Source: Eledone cirrhosa
Taxonomy: Eukaryota
Reading direction: 5' to 3'
Length of the DNA stretch: 64,000 nucleotides
NCBI GenBank assembly: GCA_964016885.1
Contig: OZ024747.1
Location: forward strand, 33,914,001 to 33,978,000
Shown here: positions 1-12,900 of the stretch, one piece after another
How the letters are laid out: each line of letters opens with the position of its first letter
Numbering within the stretch: the stretch's first letter is position 1
Program-made: the position numbers and the translations under genes
Notes under the pieces: generated by a model
What the model was told of the DNA's origin: nothing
Seen by the model: the letters and a program-made list of their open reading frames with translations, nothing else
The model's database searches: none

Positions 1-663
1 GATCGTAATACATGGAGAAAGACTGTATATGAGGGAAAAGTTGCCTTTGAGGCATCTCGAATCGCACACGAGAAAGTAAAGTGGGATGTGAGGAAGGGCA
101 TTGCTGTTGCACTTCCAGACGGCGAGGGTCCTCCTATGGTGCTGATATGCAGCGTCTGTGCGAGACTCTGCCTAAGCAAAGCTGGACTCGAAAGTCATCT
201 TCGCAGTCATAAAGTAAGACCAGTGGTTGACTACCAGGCTGCTGTTGGAGATGCTACTTATCATGCTTGCCAAACATGTGGTAGAGAATGTAAATCAGCA
301 GGAGGGCTCAAGCGACATGCAAAAGAACACGAACTCCAACCACAGCCGACTATTCCCAGTGAATGTTTTGGTTGCCGACTCTGTGCAAGACATTTTAGAT
401 CATTGGCTGGGTTAAAAAGGCACATTCGATCGCAGCACTGTTAGTTGCTATCGTGTGTGTGCGTGTAGATATGCTTATGTGCGTGCGTATGTGTGTATAT
501 ATATATGAATATGTATATTATTATTGTTGTTGTCGTTATTATTATTATTGCTATTATTATTATTATTATTATTATTATTTTTATTTTATTTTATTTTATT
601 TATTTATTTATTTTTTTCCTTCTCGTGCAATGGCCATACTCGATAACGAGGGGCAGCCATCAT
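1..663 (+). mobile_element. 3' end of RTE-type LINE with three C-terminal C2H2 zinc fingers and 3' UTR/tail
   Basis: Frame reads ...RNTWRKTVYEGKVAFE (typical RTE C-terminus), then CSVC..LESHLRSH, CQTC..LKRHAKEH, CRLC..LKRHIRSQH (ORF 88-444). Terminal motif tggccatactcgataacgaggggcagccatcat (631-663) recurs at ~5318, ~7377(-) and ~30226. Confidence 0.8.
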
Positions 664-1351
664 ATGCATAAGATAAGTATATAGGTTCAACAATCTGGCA
701 GGAAGGTGTGTGTTGCTGACGATGGCTAATGAGCTTGAAACTGGTACAGCGTTCCTTTGTCAGTGTTGAACAAGCGAGCAACGATGGTTGCTGGACACTG
801 CGGCTTAATACGGGATGTTTGTTTACAAACACACCGAACATTATAATAAATGTGCGGTGAATCCATACGTACATATATATATATATATGTGCATGTATGT
901 ATATATATATACATACTACTGTACGTCTGTATACATATATGTATGTACGTATACATACTTATATTTAAGTAACAGCCGTACTAAGAGTGAGAAATGAAAT
1001 TTCGTTTAATTTTTTCGGTTTATCGTTTTCGGTGCACCCGGCCGATTAACCCACTCGATATGCAAATTGGGCCGTTAATATGCATAAGGTAAGTATATAG
1101 GTTCAACAAGCGAGCAACGATGGTTGCTGGACACTGCGGCTTAATACGGGATGTTTGTTTACAAACACACCGAACATTATAATAAATGTGCGGTGAATCC
1201 ATACGTACATATATATATATGTGTGCATGTATGTATATATATATACATACTACTGTACGTCTGTATACATATACGTATGTACGTGTACATACTTATATTT
1301 AAGTAACAGCCGTACTAAGAGTGGGAAATGAAATTTCGTTTCATTTTTTCC

Positions 1352-1356
<5 letters not shown>
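663..1356 (+). repeat. HHR repeat family A, locus 1 (tandem; second monomer lacks the ribozyme)
   Basis: Direct repeat 774-1020 / 1110-1356; same family at 44835-45755 and 62525-63510. Confidence 0.85.
711..751 (+). ncRNA. Type I hammerhead ribozyme, family A
   Basis: tgttg CTGACGA tggct-aatg-agctt GAA ACTGGT A cagcg. Stem I tgttg/cagcg, stem II hairpin, near-palindromic stem III, GUA cleavage triplet. Confidence 0.8.
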
Positions 1357-1399
<43 letters not shown>

Positions 1400-1434
1400 A
1401 TGTGAGTGCGTATATATATACATATTTATATATG

Positions 1435-2604
1435 TATTTGTTTTTCAAGGTTTTGATATGAAATCATGTGTTGAAGCAAATATTGTTATATTTGGGGAGG
1501 GTCATATTGTTATCATGTTGCCAGAAATGATAATAAAACTCACTCACTGTTTGGTTTGTTTTCACATCTGTATCTTTTATATCTTCATAGTTAATTCGTT
1601 TGGTAATCAATGTTTATTATTGATTGACCAATGGTTAAAAATACAGATATAAATATATATATATAGTCTATCAAAATTTGTTCATCACATATCTGTGACA
1701 TCATCAGTGCTACTATTATGTTTCCTCCCATTGTATTGTAATGTCTACGCCATTTTTATTTTATCTATTTATTTATTTATCCTTGTCTCTGTCTGTTTGC
1801 TCATGCGTTTGAGTGTGAGTTTAATGTTTGGTGTGTGTGTTGGTATTTGAGTCTATGTGTTTTTCTATTCTATCTTTGTTCGCTAGTGTGTGTTTAGGTG
1901 TATTTGTTATTATTGTACTTGTGTATATATTTATTTATTTACTTATATTTACCTTAGGTCAGTATTGTGTGTTTGTGTATGGTTGTTGTTTTATTCCATT
2001 CGTTTTTTTCTGTTCAACTTTGGTTTTCATAGTTCTATTTCAGTTGCTTCTCTGATTTGCCTTCCTGTTGAGTCATTTCTATGTTTAGATATTATTTTAC
2101 TTTCTATGTTGTCTATATTATCATTATGTCTTTGCCTGACGTGTTCATATAGTACTGAACGTTTTTTTGTCCGTTTAGTTGCACTGAGGGTTTGTCTATT
2201 CTTTCTCCTATGTTTGTAAAGTTGTAAAACTTCAAATGTAGCATAAGATGTACATTATAGCATTGTAAAACTAGAAATGTAGCATAAGATATACAGAGGG
2301 TACTTGCAGAAACATGACATTAACATACATAGGTGAGACAGCGCGAAGCATACGATGGGAGAAAACATAATAGTACCAATGATGATGTCACATAAGTGTG
2401 ACGAAAGAACTTTGATAGACTATATACATATATATTTATATCTGTATTTTTAACCTTTGGTCAATCAATGATAAACATTGATTGCCAGATGAATTAACTG
2501 TGGATATATAAAATATAGAAGCGAAAACCAGTCCAAACCAAACAGTGAGTGTGAAATATTGTCATTTCTGGCAATATTATAATAATATGACCCTCTCCAA
2601 ATAT

Positions 2605-2610
<6 letters not shown>
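1435..2610. repeat. HHR-like repeat family B as head-to-head inversion (pLTR-like)
   Basis: 1435-1760 is the approximate reverse complement of ~2270-2610; third copy at 56430-56770. Each carries (C)TGAYGA t-gtcaya-loop-trtgac GAAA (1665-1715 minus, 2371-2420 plus), variably decayed. Confidence 0.65.
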
Positions 2611-2662
<52 letters not shown>

Positions 2663-2919
2663 GCACATGTGTGTGTGTATATATGAGAGACTGTTTATTG
2701 ATATATGTGTGGATCTATGTATGTATGTGAGTGTGTATGGATATATGTGTGGATCTATTATATGCATGTACGAGGTCATGTATCTTGGAGTATGTATTGG
2801 TATACACATATCTGTGTATATGTATCTCTACACCTATGCCTGCCTGTCTATGTTGTTGATATTCTACATCCTACAATTATTTCTTCCTATCAATATCCAC
2901 AATCCCTTTTTTTAATCTT

Positions 2920-3403
2920 TTGCCAAGATTGTGGAGGTTGCAACATTTTCGAAGCTGAACAGTGGAAGGTCTCCATGTATGGATGGCATACATGCAGAGC
3001 TCTTAACATATGGGGGTGAGAGACTTCTGTCACATCTTCATTCTTTGTTTGGCAGGATAGGGGCTAGTGAATCCATACCTGAGGACTGGAGGGATACAGT
3101 AATGGTAGAAAAATGTTATGTCGGGTTCTGAACGCACATTGCAGATTGTGTTCTTCCTGAAAATCAATCAGGTTTTCGTGCTGGATGGATGCGGCACTAC
3201 TGATATGATCTTCTCAGCTAGATAGCTCCAGGAGAAATGCATGGAATAAGGTGTGGATCTGTATCAAGTTCTATCGATCTGACAACAGTTTCGAGACTGT
3301 TAACAGAAGTGCATTGTGGAAGGTTCTCCAGAAACTTGGTTGCCCTGATAAGTTCCTTGCTTTGGTTAGGTCTTTCCATGACGACATGAAGGCTTGGGTT
3401 AGT
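2920..3403 (+). mobile_element. RTE LINE RT fragment (decayed)
   Basis: KLNSGRSPCMDGIHAELL..IPEDWRD; VLPENQSGFR; FETVNRSALWKVLQKLGCPDKFLALVRSFHDDM, with frameshifts. Confidence 0.85.
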
Positions 3404-4733
3404 GGAACTTGCTGGAGAGTTGTTGCCTGGCCCCAAACTCGTGCTTGCACATGTACCCTTAAGATGTGCTGCTTGAGGGTACCAACTGTAGGTGGTAGCT
3501 TGTCACTCTCTGACATGTATTACAGAACAGGTACTTACACCTGGTAATTCTGTTAATATTATGTCTTTCAGCCATTGTCTGGTATAGACAGGTCTGTGAT
3601 TTGGCAAAGCCTCTGCTCCACCTAGCATGTTCAAATAGGTATTCTCGATGTCTGCCATGGAAAGATATGCGCCATCTGTTGTTTGCACGTCGATAATGTT
3701 CACTCATTCAATGAAACTAGCTGTTTGCTGTTGACACCCACTCTCTTTGTTTGCTTTGTTTGCGATAGCTTTATCTCTCATAACATGGAACACATTTCTT
3801 GTCCAACGCTGTTTATGATATTTGATATCAACAGCGTGGGCATCCCCTTCGGAGATGGAAGATGCCATTCTTGTTTTTAGTTCTGGATTAGGAGAGATTT
3901 CCAGAGCTTTTTTTAGAGTTTGGCCCGCATTGGCAGTTCTTACTGCAAACAACTGTTGGTCACCAAACGTTTGACAAAAAAAGCACAAATCATTTTCCAG
4001 TGGGTTTGTTGCTGACCGTGTAAACGGCCCTAAGATTGCGGCAAAGCTTGAAGGGCGTCCTCGCTTTCTGCGGATATGTGATCCAGTAGACAAAGACCGT
4101 TGGTGACGGTCTCTTGCACGTTGCATTTCGACTTGACTGGTGGCGTTGGAGTAGCAGGTGCGATGCCAAAAAAGCCTTATTTCTCTGCAAAGTTTCTGTC
4201 GTGCAGTCTTCTAGCCCCTTTTGAATTTTGACAAATTCGCCATCATGCAGTAATGCTCGCTCCTTCATTGCAGCTAACAAACTAAGGTATGAATACAATT
4301 TTGGTTGTAACACAAACTAGCCTGCATCTTGTAGGCACAAAATACACTGTTTCCAGTCAATTGTCTCTTGCTGCTGTCTACCAAGTCGTGGCAACGTTGC
4401 TGTGGCCACGTTGTTCATTGGTCTGAAAATGATAAACACTAATGAAGTAATTACATGGCATTTGATTATTATTATTATTTTTATCCTTATTATTATTGCT
4501 ATTATGTTAAATTAGCCACTAAAATTAGAAGCCCAGTTGGTTAGAATTTGAGATACTGTTGAAAAGGGTTATCGGTAGTCACCATTTTGAAATTCCAAGA
4601 TGGCCACCACAGACACCTTGAAAAAAATGGCAACATTTGTTTCTGGATTCAGTATGTCCTAAAGTTTTCGAAAATGTATAGTTTTGCTAATCTCCAAGAA
4701 ATGCAAACGAAAGTACCAATCGTTACTTGACTA
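3404..4733 (-). mobile_element. Internally deleted DNA transposon, Academ-like
   Basis: Minus-strand peptides CFFCQ..DAHAVDIKYHKQ and LPPTVGTLKQHILRVHVQARVW. Candidate terminus 5'-TAGTCAAGTAACG at 4733. Superfamily assigned from recalled motifs only. Confidence 0.5.
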
Positions 4734-5196
4734 GCGGGGAGCCATTTTGGTATGTGATAGGCAGTATTGTTTACCTTCAGCCTGGACAGACATTTAATGT
4801 TTATTTATAGCATACACATGAAATTCTCCAGTGCCAAGGTGATCCATCTAGGGAGTTGCTAATCTGAGGATTCTTTACGGACACGTAACCCTACCATTTT
4901 ATTTTTATTTTTATTTCATTTTTATTTTTATTTCTGCTTTATATATAGTAACAATCTCATTATCTTTCCACATATTCCGAAGATCTGCTCCATAATATTA
5001 TTCTATGTTACTTATATTTCTCTGCATCAAATCAATAACTTTCTTACAATCGATTGATCCAGAAACATTATATGGAGTAGTGAAACAATTGTAAACTGAC
5101 ATTACTATCTCCTTTCTATATTAAACTGCACTTAATGTTGATAATCTGTGACTAATGTCTTCTATGTGAATTTGTGGTCTTGATTTGCTTAACTAC

Positions 5197-5256
<60 letters not shown>

Positions 5257-5665
5257 TTTAATTTTTTTATTTATTTAATTAAATTTATTTATTTATTTGT
5301 CTATTTTTTTCGTGCAATGGCCATACTTGATGATGAGGGGGCAGCCATCATGTATGTATATATATATATGTTTGGATTCTGTCGATCGATTGGTTATTGA
5401 TGAGGCGATACCCGCTGATGAAGCCGCATAAGCCGATTGTGCATTGTTGCATAATATATGCAGACAGATGGTGCAGTGCACCTTACTGCTGCATTAGTGC
5501 GGCATAAACTCGAGTCTGGGAACCTTATAAGCACCCGTTTTACGTGTGTTGTGTTGAGGCAAATAACTATGTGTATACTCTGGTAATGTATCTTACATTG
5601 CCCTTTGAGTGCGCTGAGATACAACCGGTATTGGCATTGGTAAATATGCTGGGTCCGTCAACCCT

Positions 5666-5714
<49 letters not shown>

Positions 5715-6567
5715 AGTCCAATTTGTTTTGTTAAAAAGAGAGATATTTGTATAATTAACAATAACATAGAACCAGCTGTGATGATTTGCTTGAAAAAATA
5801 CATAAACATATCATATGTAAGAAGTATCCCACCTACTACGAGTTGCATACAACGTTTGGTTGCACAATATACTCCATAACATGTACCTACATATACAAAA
5901 TAAAACACATTTATATCTTCTGTATATGGTTTCAATAACATGTTACACTATACACCTTTTAGTTTTACAGTATTATAGAATATATTTAGATAGTTACATT
6001 ATTTCATCTATATATGTTCATATATACACGTACACACACACAATATATATATATATATGTGCGTGTGTATGAAATAAACATACATACATGTGCATGTAAA
6101 CACATATATATGGTGTTTTTATGAATATATATATAAGAAGAATCTATTCATTGGAGCATATAGTGTTACAAACATGACAATAATAAAATGTTCGTGGTTT
6201 TCCAGTAAGTTATTTTACATGACTCCAACAATGGATAATAGTCATTTAGTTTACACACACAACAAAACAGCACAAACCCACACAAACCAATGTTGAAAAT
6301 AGAACTGAAATGAACATTATGAAAATTACTGACCCACTCTTAAATCTAAACATAGTGCAGTTGTTATTTAAAGATTTAGGTTAATTCTTCTTTAACAAGG
6401 AAAAAAATAGATTGAGGATCAAATCTGTTATAGATTGTGATTGTTTATTAGCTATTATACCAGGCACTACATCATCCATTCTTCTTTATGTTAGACAGCA
6501 AATTCACCACCTTTCTATAAAGAATGGAAGTAAATATGATGTGTGCAAAGTATGATATATAATAATC

Positions 6568-6783
6568 GTTTCTGATTTAGACACAAGGCCAACCATTTTG
6601 GGGGAGGAGAAATCGATTAAATCGACCCCAGTGCATTACTGGTACTTTATTTTATCAACAACATAAAGATGAAAGGCAAAGCTAACCTCGGTAGGATTTG
6701 AACTCAGAACATAAAAGGACGTAACTATATGTAACAAAGTATGTTGTCTGACAGTCTACAGATACTGTCAATCCACCACCCTT
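6568..6783 (-). mobile_element. tRNA-derived SINE, family 1
   Basis: Reverse complement of the 37024-37207 type: B box gagttcaaatcc, core ctttgcctttcatc..ataaagtaccagtaatgcactggg. Confidence 0.8.
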
Positions 6784-7499
6784 GGTACAATATATAATAA
6801 TATGTAAAATTGATGGAGTGTATCTGAAACAATTAATTCGTAGCAGAATTCCTAGAAAAGTTCAGTAAGTTCATTGAGTGAAGAAAATATAAAAAGTTAT
6901 GAAGCCATTCCGATTATCTTCCTCAATCTCAGATATAAGGTACCAACATATCTGAAATGTCAGCTTCCCCACTCTTTTGCTGTAAAGGAACTTATTGAAT
7001 TCTTCTAAAAACATTCCTAATATTAGAAGTGATAACACTTTTATTTAATTAAACGAAATACTTGGCTAGAACTTCTCAATCCAAGAATGAAAATCAGTGC
7101 CACACCTTTTGATACCAACACATTTGATACAACATTATTGACTTTAAAGTGTATATGTTGATATATTTCAATCATAATTTTGTTATGTTCCCATCTAAAG
7201 TTAGTTATATTATTAAATTCCTCGAAATTCTTGATTAATTTCAAATTAATCTAACAAAAAAAACGGTTCATCTAAGTGGAATTTGAACAAAAATTACTAA
7301 ACACTTATTATATTTTATGATGCACAAATGTATAATGTATATAAATATATGCATATAATTTATATATATATATATATGATAGCTGCCCCCTCATTATCGA
7401 GTATGGCCATTGCACGATATTCCATTATTAATAATTATTAATTAATTCTATCGTGCAATGCCTGTGCGTAAAGAAATATTTTTTAAAGTGAGGAAAGAC

Positions 7500-7915
7500 T
7501 GTGCACTGAGCCAATCCCACTCTCTGAGCGAGAGTAGCTATAACTTGAAAAGAAGAAAAATCAACATCATCGGTAACTACTGAGCCGCAGGTTTTATATT
7601 GGAGTTATCCCAGTTTCCTGAGTTGCCTTCTCCTAGAAGAATGCCCTGACAAAGGCTAGGGTTCCTTCACTCCCAGTGGTTTAACCGCGCAATCGGGTGT
7701 CCAGCCCAACTATTTCTATTTATGTCAGGTCACTCTTGGGTGCTACTGGTAACATGTAACCCAGTACAAACTGTCGCATGGTCGGGTCGGCGGCGACTAA
7801 ACCGGCAACCCCACCTAGTTTACTTGGTGAAGAGGGTGATTTTGGACACCATGCAGGACAAAAAACAAAACCTGACAAAGGGCGGAAGAACTAAGAGTCA
7901 ACAGCCATTCGAAAG
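7500..7915 (+). repeat. Dispersed repeat, probable LINE 5' UTR; second copy at 22798-22985
   Basis: ttatgtcaggtca...gtcg-nnnn-cgactaaaccggcaac...aaaacctgacaaagggc is shared by both loci. Confidence 0.6.
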
Positions 7916-8139
7916 TGTGTAAATATGTATATACACGTGTACATTAGTATGTATATGTATATGTGTATATACATGGGTGCATGTGTATGTATACGCACAG
8001 GGACATATATATATATCATCTTCATCATCATTTAATGTGCATTTTTCCACGCTAGCATGGGTGTGTATCATCATCATCTTCGTTTAACGTCCATATAAAT
8101 AAATGAATATATACATATATATATGTGTGTGTATGTGTG

Positions 8140-8342
8140 TGTGCATGCCAGGAAATCCTAGTTGAAGGAAAGCGCATTAGAGATAGACTGAGAAAGACCT
8201 GGGCAGAAGTTGTGAGAGGTGATCTCAAATCGCTGAAAAGACGACAAAGGAACACGGCGAGTGCAGACATGCCGTGCTGAGAAGGACACATCCAACCCAT
8301 GCCAACATGGAAAAACAGACGTAACAATGATGATGATGATAT
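8140..8342 (+). mobile_element. RTE LINE 3' end with (GAT)n tail
   Basis: R-RKTWAEVVRGDL motif, then aacccatgccaacatggaaaaacagacgtaa and gat repeats; similar copy at ~26300-26570. Confidence 0.7.
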
Positions 8343-8446
8343 AAATTACATAAATATGTATTTACATATATTTATAATGTACATATATATATATATATAT
8401 AGATATGTGTTTATACATATTTATATAAATACATATATTATATATA

Positions 8447-8492
<46 letters not shown>

Positions 8493-9095
8493 ATTCATAC
8501 ATGTGTGTTTGTGTATATTATCAGTGTTTACCTACAAATACATTATATATATATATTTACTTACCTGTACATGTATATGCTCTCTTAAATCTATAATCAA
8601 CTATCTACTTAAGTTTATGTTTGTGTACTTCGAGTAATATTTATATTTACTTAAAGTCACATTCAGGCATTTTTATGATTTTCCATAATTCTTTTTTTAC
8701 TTCTGTGTGTTAAGTTTTGTAAATATTTGTGATTATTTTAAACATATCTTTGCACATCCATGCATATTTTACATAGATGTACATACCTTGATGTGTCCAT
8801 ATATAGTAATGTACATGTCTGAATGTATGTATATATATGTTTTTTTATGTATGCAAGTATGTATGTAAATATATTTACCTGTATACCTGTACAGATACAT
8901 GTATGTATATGAGTGCATATATATCTATAAACATGTACTTGCATATGTCCATGTGTGTATGCATCTTTTCTTGTATATTTTATATGCGTAAATATATATG
9001 CAAATATAGTTACATGTATACCTGTTCATATATATATATATATGTATATGTATATATGAGTTCATGTATATTATATACATATATATGAGTTAATG

Positions 9096-9149
<54 letters not shown>

Positions 9150-9261
9150 AATGAATATATCTACCAGCATGTATATACAGATGCATACCTATGCTAGCAA
9201 ATATATAGGTTTTGTCTTAGTAACTTTGTGGTTCAATGCAAGGGGATGCAGAACAATTATA

Positions 9262-9567
9262 TGAAAGACGTAAAATAAGAAAATTCTTTTTTGAATTTGC
9301 CACCGACCAAGTAGGCAATGATTTTTTCAATGTCCTGGAATTTAGTCCTCGCTTGCTTTTTTCCATCCACTGAATTATTTTTGTATAAGTTCCCTGTGTC
9401 CACGCATTGCCTGGGAACTTAGCTGAGAACAGATCTCCCTGATGACGAAAGGATATTTCTCCATGTTGTTCCAATCGGAAACCATGTTTATTCCCTTTCA
9501 GAAACTAATTAGTTGGAGTGAAATATTAGTAAGTAAGTAAAATTTAATAATTTTCTTATTTTACGTC

Positions 9568-9572
<5 letters not shown>
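9262..9572. mobile_element. MITE-like element with ~25-bp TIRs in TA context
   Basis: tgaaagacgtaaaataagaaaatt (~9263) and aattttcttattttacgtctttca (~9549-9572). Confidence 0.55.
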
Positions 9573-9635
<63 letters not shown>

Positions 9636-9641
9636 GTATAT

Positions 9642-9686
<45 letters not shown>

Positions 9687-9989
9687 TATATATATATATA
9701 GACATGAATATGGATAGTAAAATTGATCACAGTAATACTATCATAAAAGTACTGTAGTATTTTGATAAGCAGTCATGGGATCAGTTATGTGTGCTCTCTT
9801 TATGGTCACAGTTTTATTGAGGAAGCAATAAATAGAAAGTTTCAATTTGTTGTTTATAGCTTAGTTTTATCTTCACTTGGCACCATCATTGGATAGGATT
9901 TAGATGAAGAATGTTAGCCCTTAGAAAAGCAGGTAGGTCTGAAAATAATATACAAAATTAAATCATGTATATATATATACATTTGAAAA

Positions 9990-12900
9990 AGGAGAAAGGA
10001 AAATATTTTTAAGGATCAGTTTTTCTTTTCTTTTTTTCTTTCTTTGATTCAGGGGAGGTAAATGTGATTGGCAAAAGTAGGGTTATAAAAGAAATTATAT
10101 TTTTGGAATATGGTTTTAGAGAGTATGAGTGTGTATGTATGTGAGTGTATATATACAAATACACACATGTGTGTGTGCATGTGTATGTATGTGTATTGAA
10201 GTGTGCTGTGTGTGCGTGCTTTAGTTTGTCTGTCAAGGGTCTCTTTGTAGTGGGAAATTAAAAAAGAAAATCAGAGTAAAGCATCAGTGGTGGCTTTCAA
10301 TCAGGTATTTTTGTAAAATATGTGTATGAGCAATTTCTTTCTTATTTCGTTGTGTATGTGTGTGAAGGAGAGCGAGATAATCTAATGGAGGTGATTATAT
10401 ATTTAATTTTGGTTTAAATCTCTAAAGCCCAGCAAAATCTTCCCACATTAACAAATACCACCCCAGCACTACAAAATGCAACCTCATAACATCAACACTA
10501 TGTATCCCAGAAAGAATCCACCCAGACCACTTGAACTCATTACAGAACCCTTACACAATAACAACTACAACATATACCACCCCCATCACCACATTGACTC
10601 TCATGTAAAAACAAATTAAAGACCCATACAAAACAGACAAACAGACTACAATTACAACCAAAACAACATTCCTTTTTTAGGAACGCGACTGAAATTCCAG
10701 GACACCAGATGGCCCCCACTCATGAGAAACCGAAGAAAATTAATCTTTCAAAATTATCATTAACTAACACACAAATTAACATATTAAGTAAGGGACTGAT
10801 ATTTACACCCACACCACAAAAATCTAACTTCCCCGAAATGAAAGATGACATCATGGAATTCTGCCGAAAACTCAGACTAATAGAATACTTCTCCAATGAC
10901 ACCAACACTGAAGATGAATCAATAGTGAGAAACAAAAGTGATGTATGCCCACAGAAAGGGAGGAACAGAACACTGGACACCTACTGCGAACGCACCATCA
11001 AATTTTACTATGAACAAATCACAAATAAACACAAGAAATCGAACCGCTCTAAACACGAATGGAAATAATTATTCACACTTTGAGATAAGACTGACATAAC
11101 CATCAAAGAACCCGATAAAGGGAGCACTGTGGTCAGTATGGAAACTGACTACTATAGGGACCTGGCACTTAAAATGTTAGACAACAGATACTACGAAAAA
11201 ATAGAAAACTACAAACTAACTAAAACAATGGGTGATCTAGAATTACTACAAAAAATACCGCAATAGCCGAACCACAACAGAATTTGAATACATAAGCCAT
11301 TTTAAATGTAATACAAGTGCTTTCTACGGCTTACCGAAGATCCACAATTGTAAACTCATAAACGATGCACGTGACACTTCGACTAACAAATGCTTACAAT
11401 TAACACCACCAAAATACTTAAAACTCAGACCAATTATAGCAGGCCCTGCATGTGAAACACTCAGACTTAGCAATTTCCCGGACTTCTTACTAAAGCCCTT
11501 CCTAAATCATATACAGAGCTTCATACGGGATGACCTTGATATGCTGAACCACCTACCCAAAACTGTAAGTGAAAACACTATGCTTGTCCCCTTTGACGTA
11601 GTAAACCTTTACACTAACATAACCCATAACTATGGGAATAACGCCAATCCAGTGCTGGCTAGACACTCACCAATCTGAAATACCAACACGCATCAACAAA
11701 ATCTTCATTATTGATGGACTCCGATTTATCGAAGAATCTTTCCTTACACATCTCAAAAATAATTGGAAGATATACCTAGACGATTGCATTATACTATTGC
11801 AAGAAAACATGATTACACTCGCTATTTTCAAAAATATGATAAACAACATTAACAATAACATGTAATTCCCAATGGAATCCAACTCCAAGCAATTAGCCTT
11901 CTTGGATATCCTTATTTTAAAAACAGTACCCACGGACTCCAAACAGTACCTCCTCTTCACATCGAATCACCCAAAACATACAAAACTTAACATTCCATTT
12001 AACTTAGCACCATAGTATCAGGCTCATCTAAGCGGGAACAAAGATTAAATGGACTAAAAACACACTTTAAGAGTCTTCCCACTTGACATAATTAATAACG
12101 GAATAGACAGAGCAAAACACGCACATTTTCATCAACTCAACTACCACCGAAAGCACAGAAACACAAACAATACCTTACCATATGTATCCACGGTCAGCCC
12201 CAGAAATACCGAAATATTCGACCACCTACACAAAAACCTCCCCATTCTATTTAAAGGTGAAAAAAGGAAAGATATCCTAGAAACTCACAAGATCATTAAA
12301 AGTAAAATGCAACCCAAATCACTAAAACACTTTCTTACTAGAACAAATATACACAAAACAGTCTCCAGCCTTACGGTAACAAAATGTGGAAGAACAAACT
12401 GTGGCACATACCTATACATAATTAAAGGACAAATTCACTTGAAACTCAGAGAACCTGATCTACGTAATCACATGCGGTGGTTGTCGACATAACTAAATAA
12501 GGGTGTGTCATTAAGCAAAAAATTGACCATCCATTGCCAACAAATCCGAGACGTAAACACAAGAAAAATCGCCTTAAATAGCCACATTTCAGAGAGTGCA
12601 GGAATGACCCTACCCAACTTTAAAATGATCCCCCTTTACAAGTGCTCCAATTCTTTCACACACCAATAAAGAATAAATAAAAACTATTTATTAACAAATT
12701 TAAACCAAAATTAAATATATAATCACCCCATTAGATTCTCTCTACCCCCCCCCCCCCCCTACACGCACACACACACACCACAAAATAAGAAAGAAATTTT
12801 TCATACACATATTTTCCAAAAATTCCTGATTGAAAGCCACCACTGATGCTTTAGTCTCTCTTTTTTTAATTTCCCACCACAAAGGGACCTGTGACAGACC

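Noticed and set aside
88-444. C2H2 zinc-finger host gene
   Set aside because: In frame with an RTE C-terminus and followed by the RTE tail; no TGEKP linkers; related copies at 30040-30540.
5415-5445. CTGATGA followed by a weak hairpin (also ~16360, ~30572, ~47031)
   Set aside because: No properly placed GAAA/stem III.
9439-9450. CTGATGA-C-GAAA (also CTGATGA-GAAA at ~19448)
   Set aside because: No stem II and no convincing stems I/III; chance matches.
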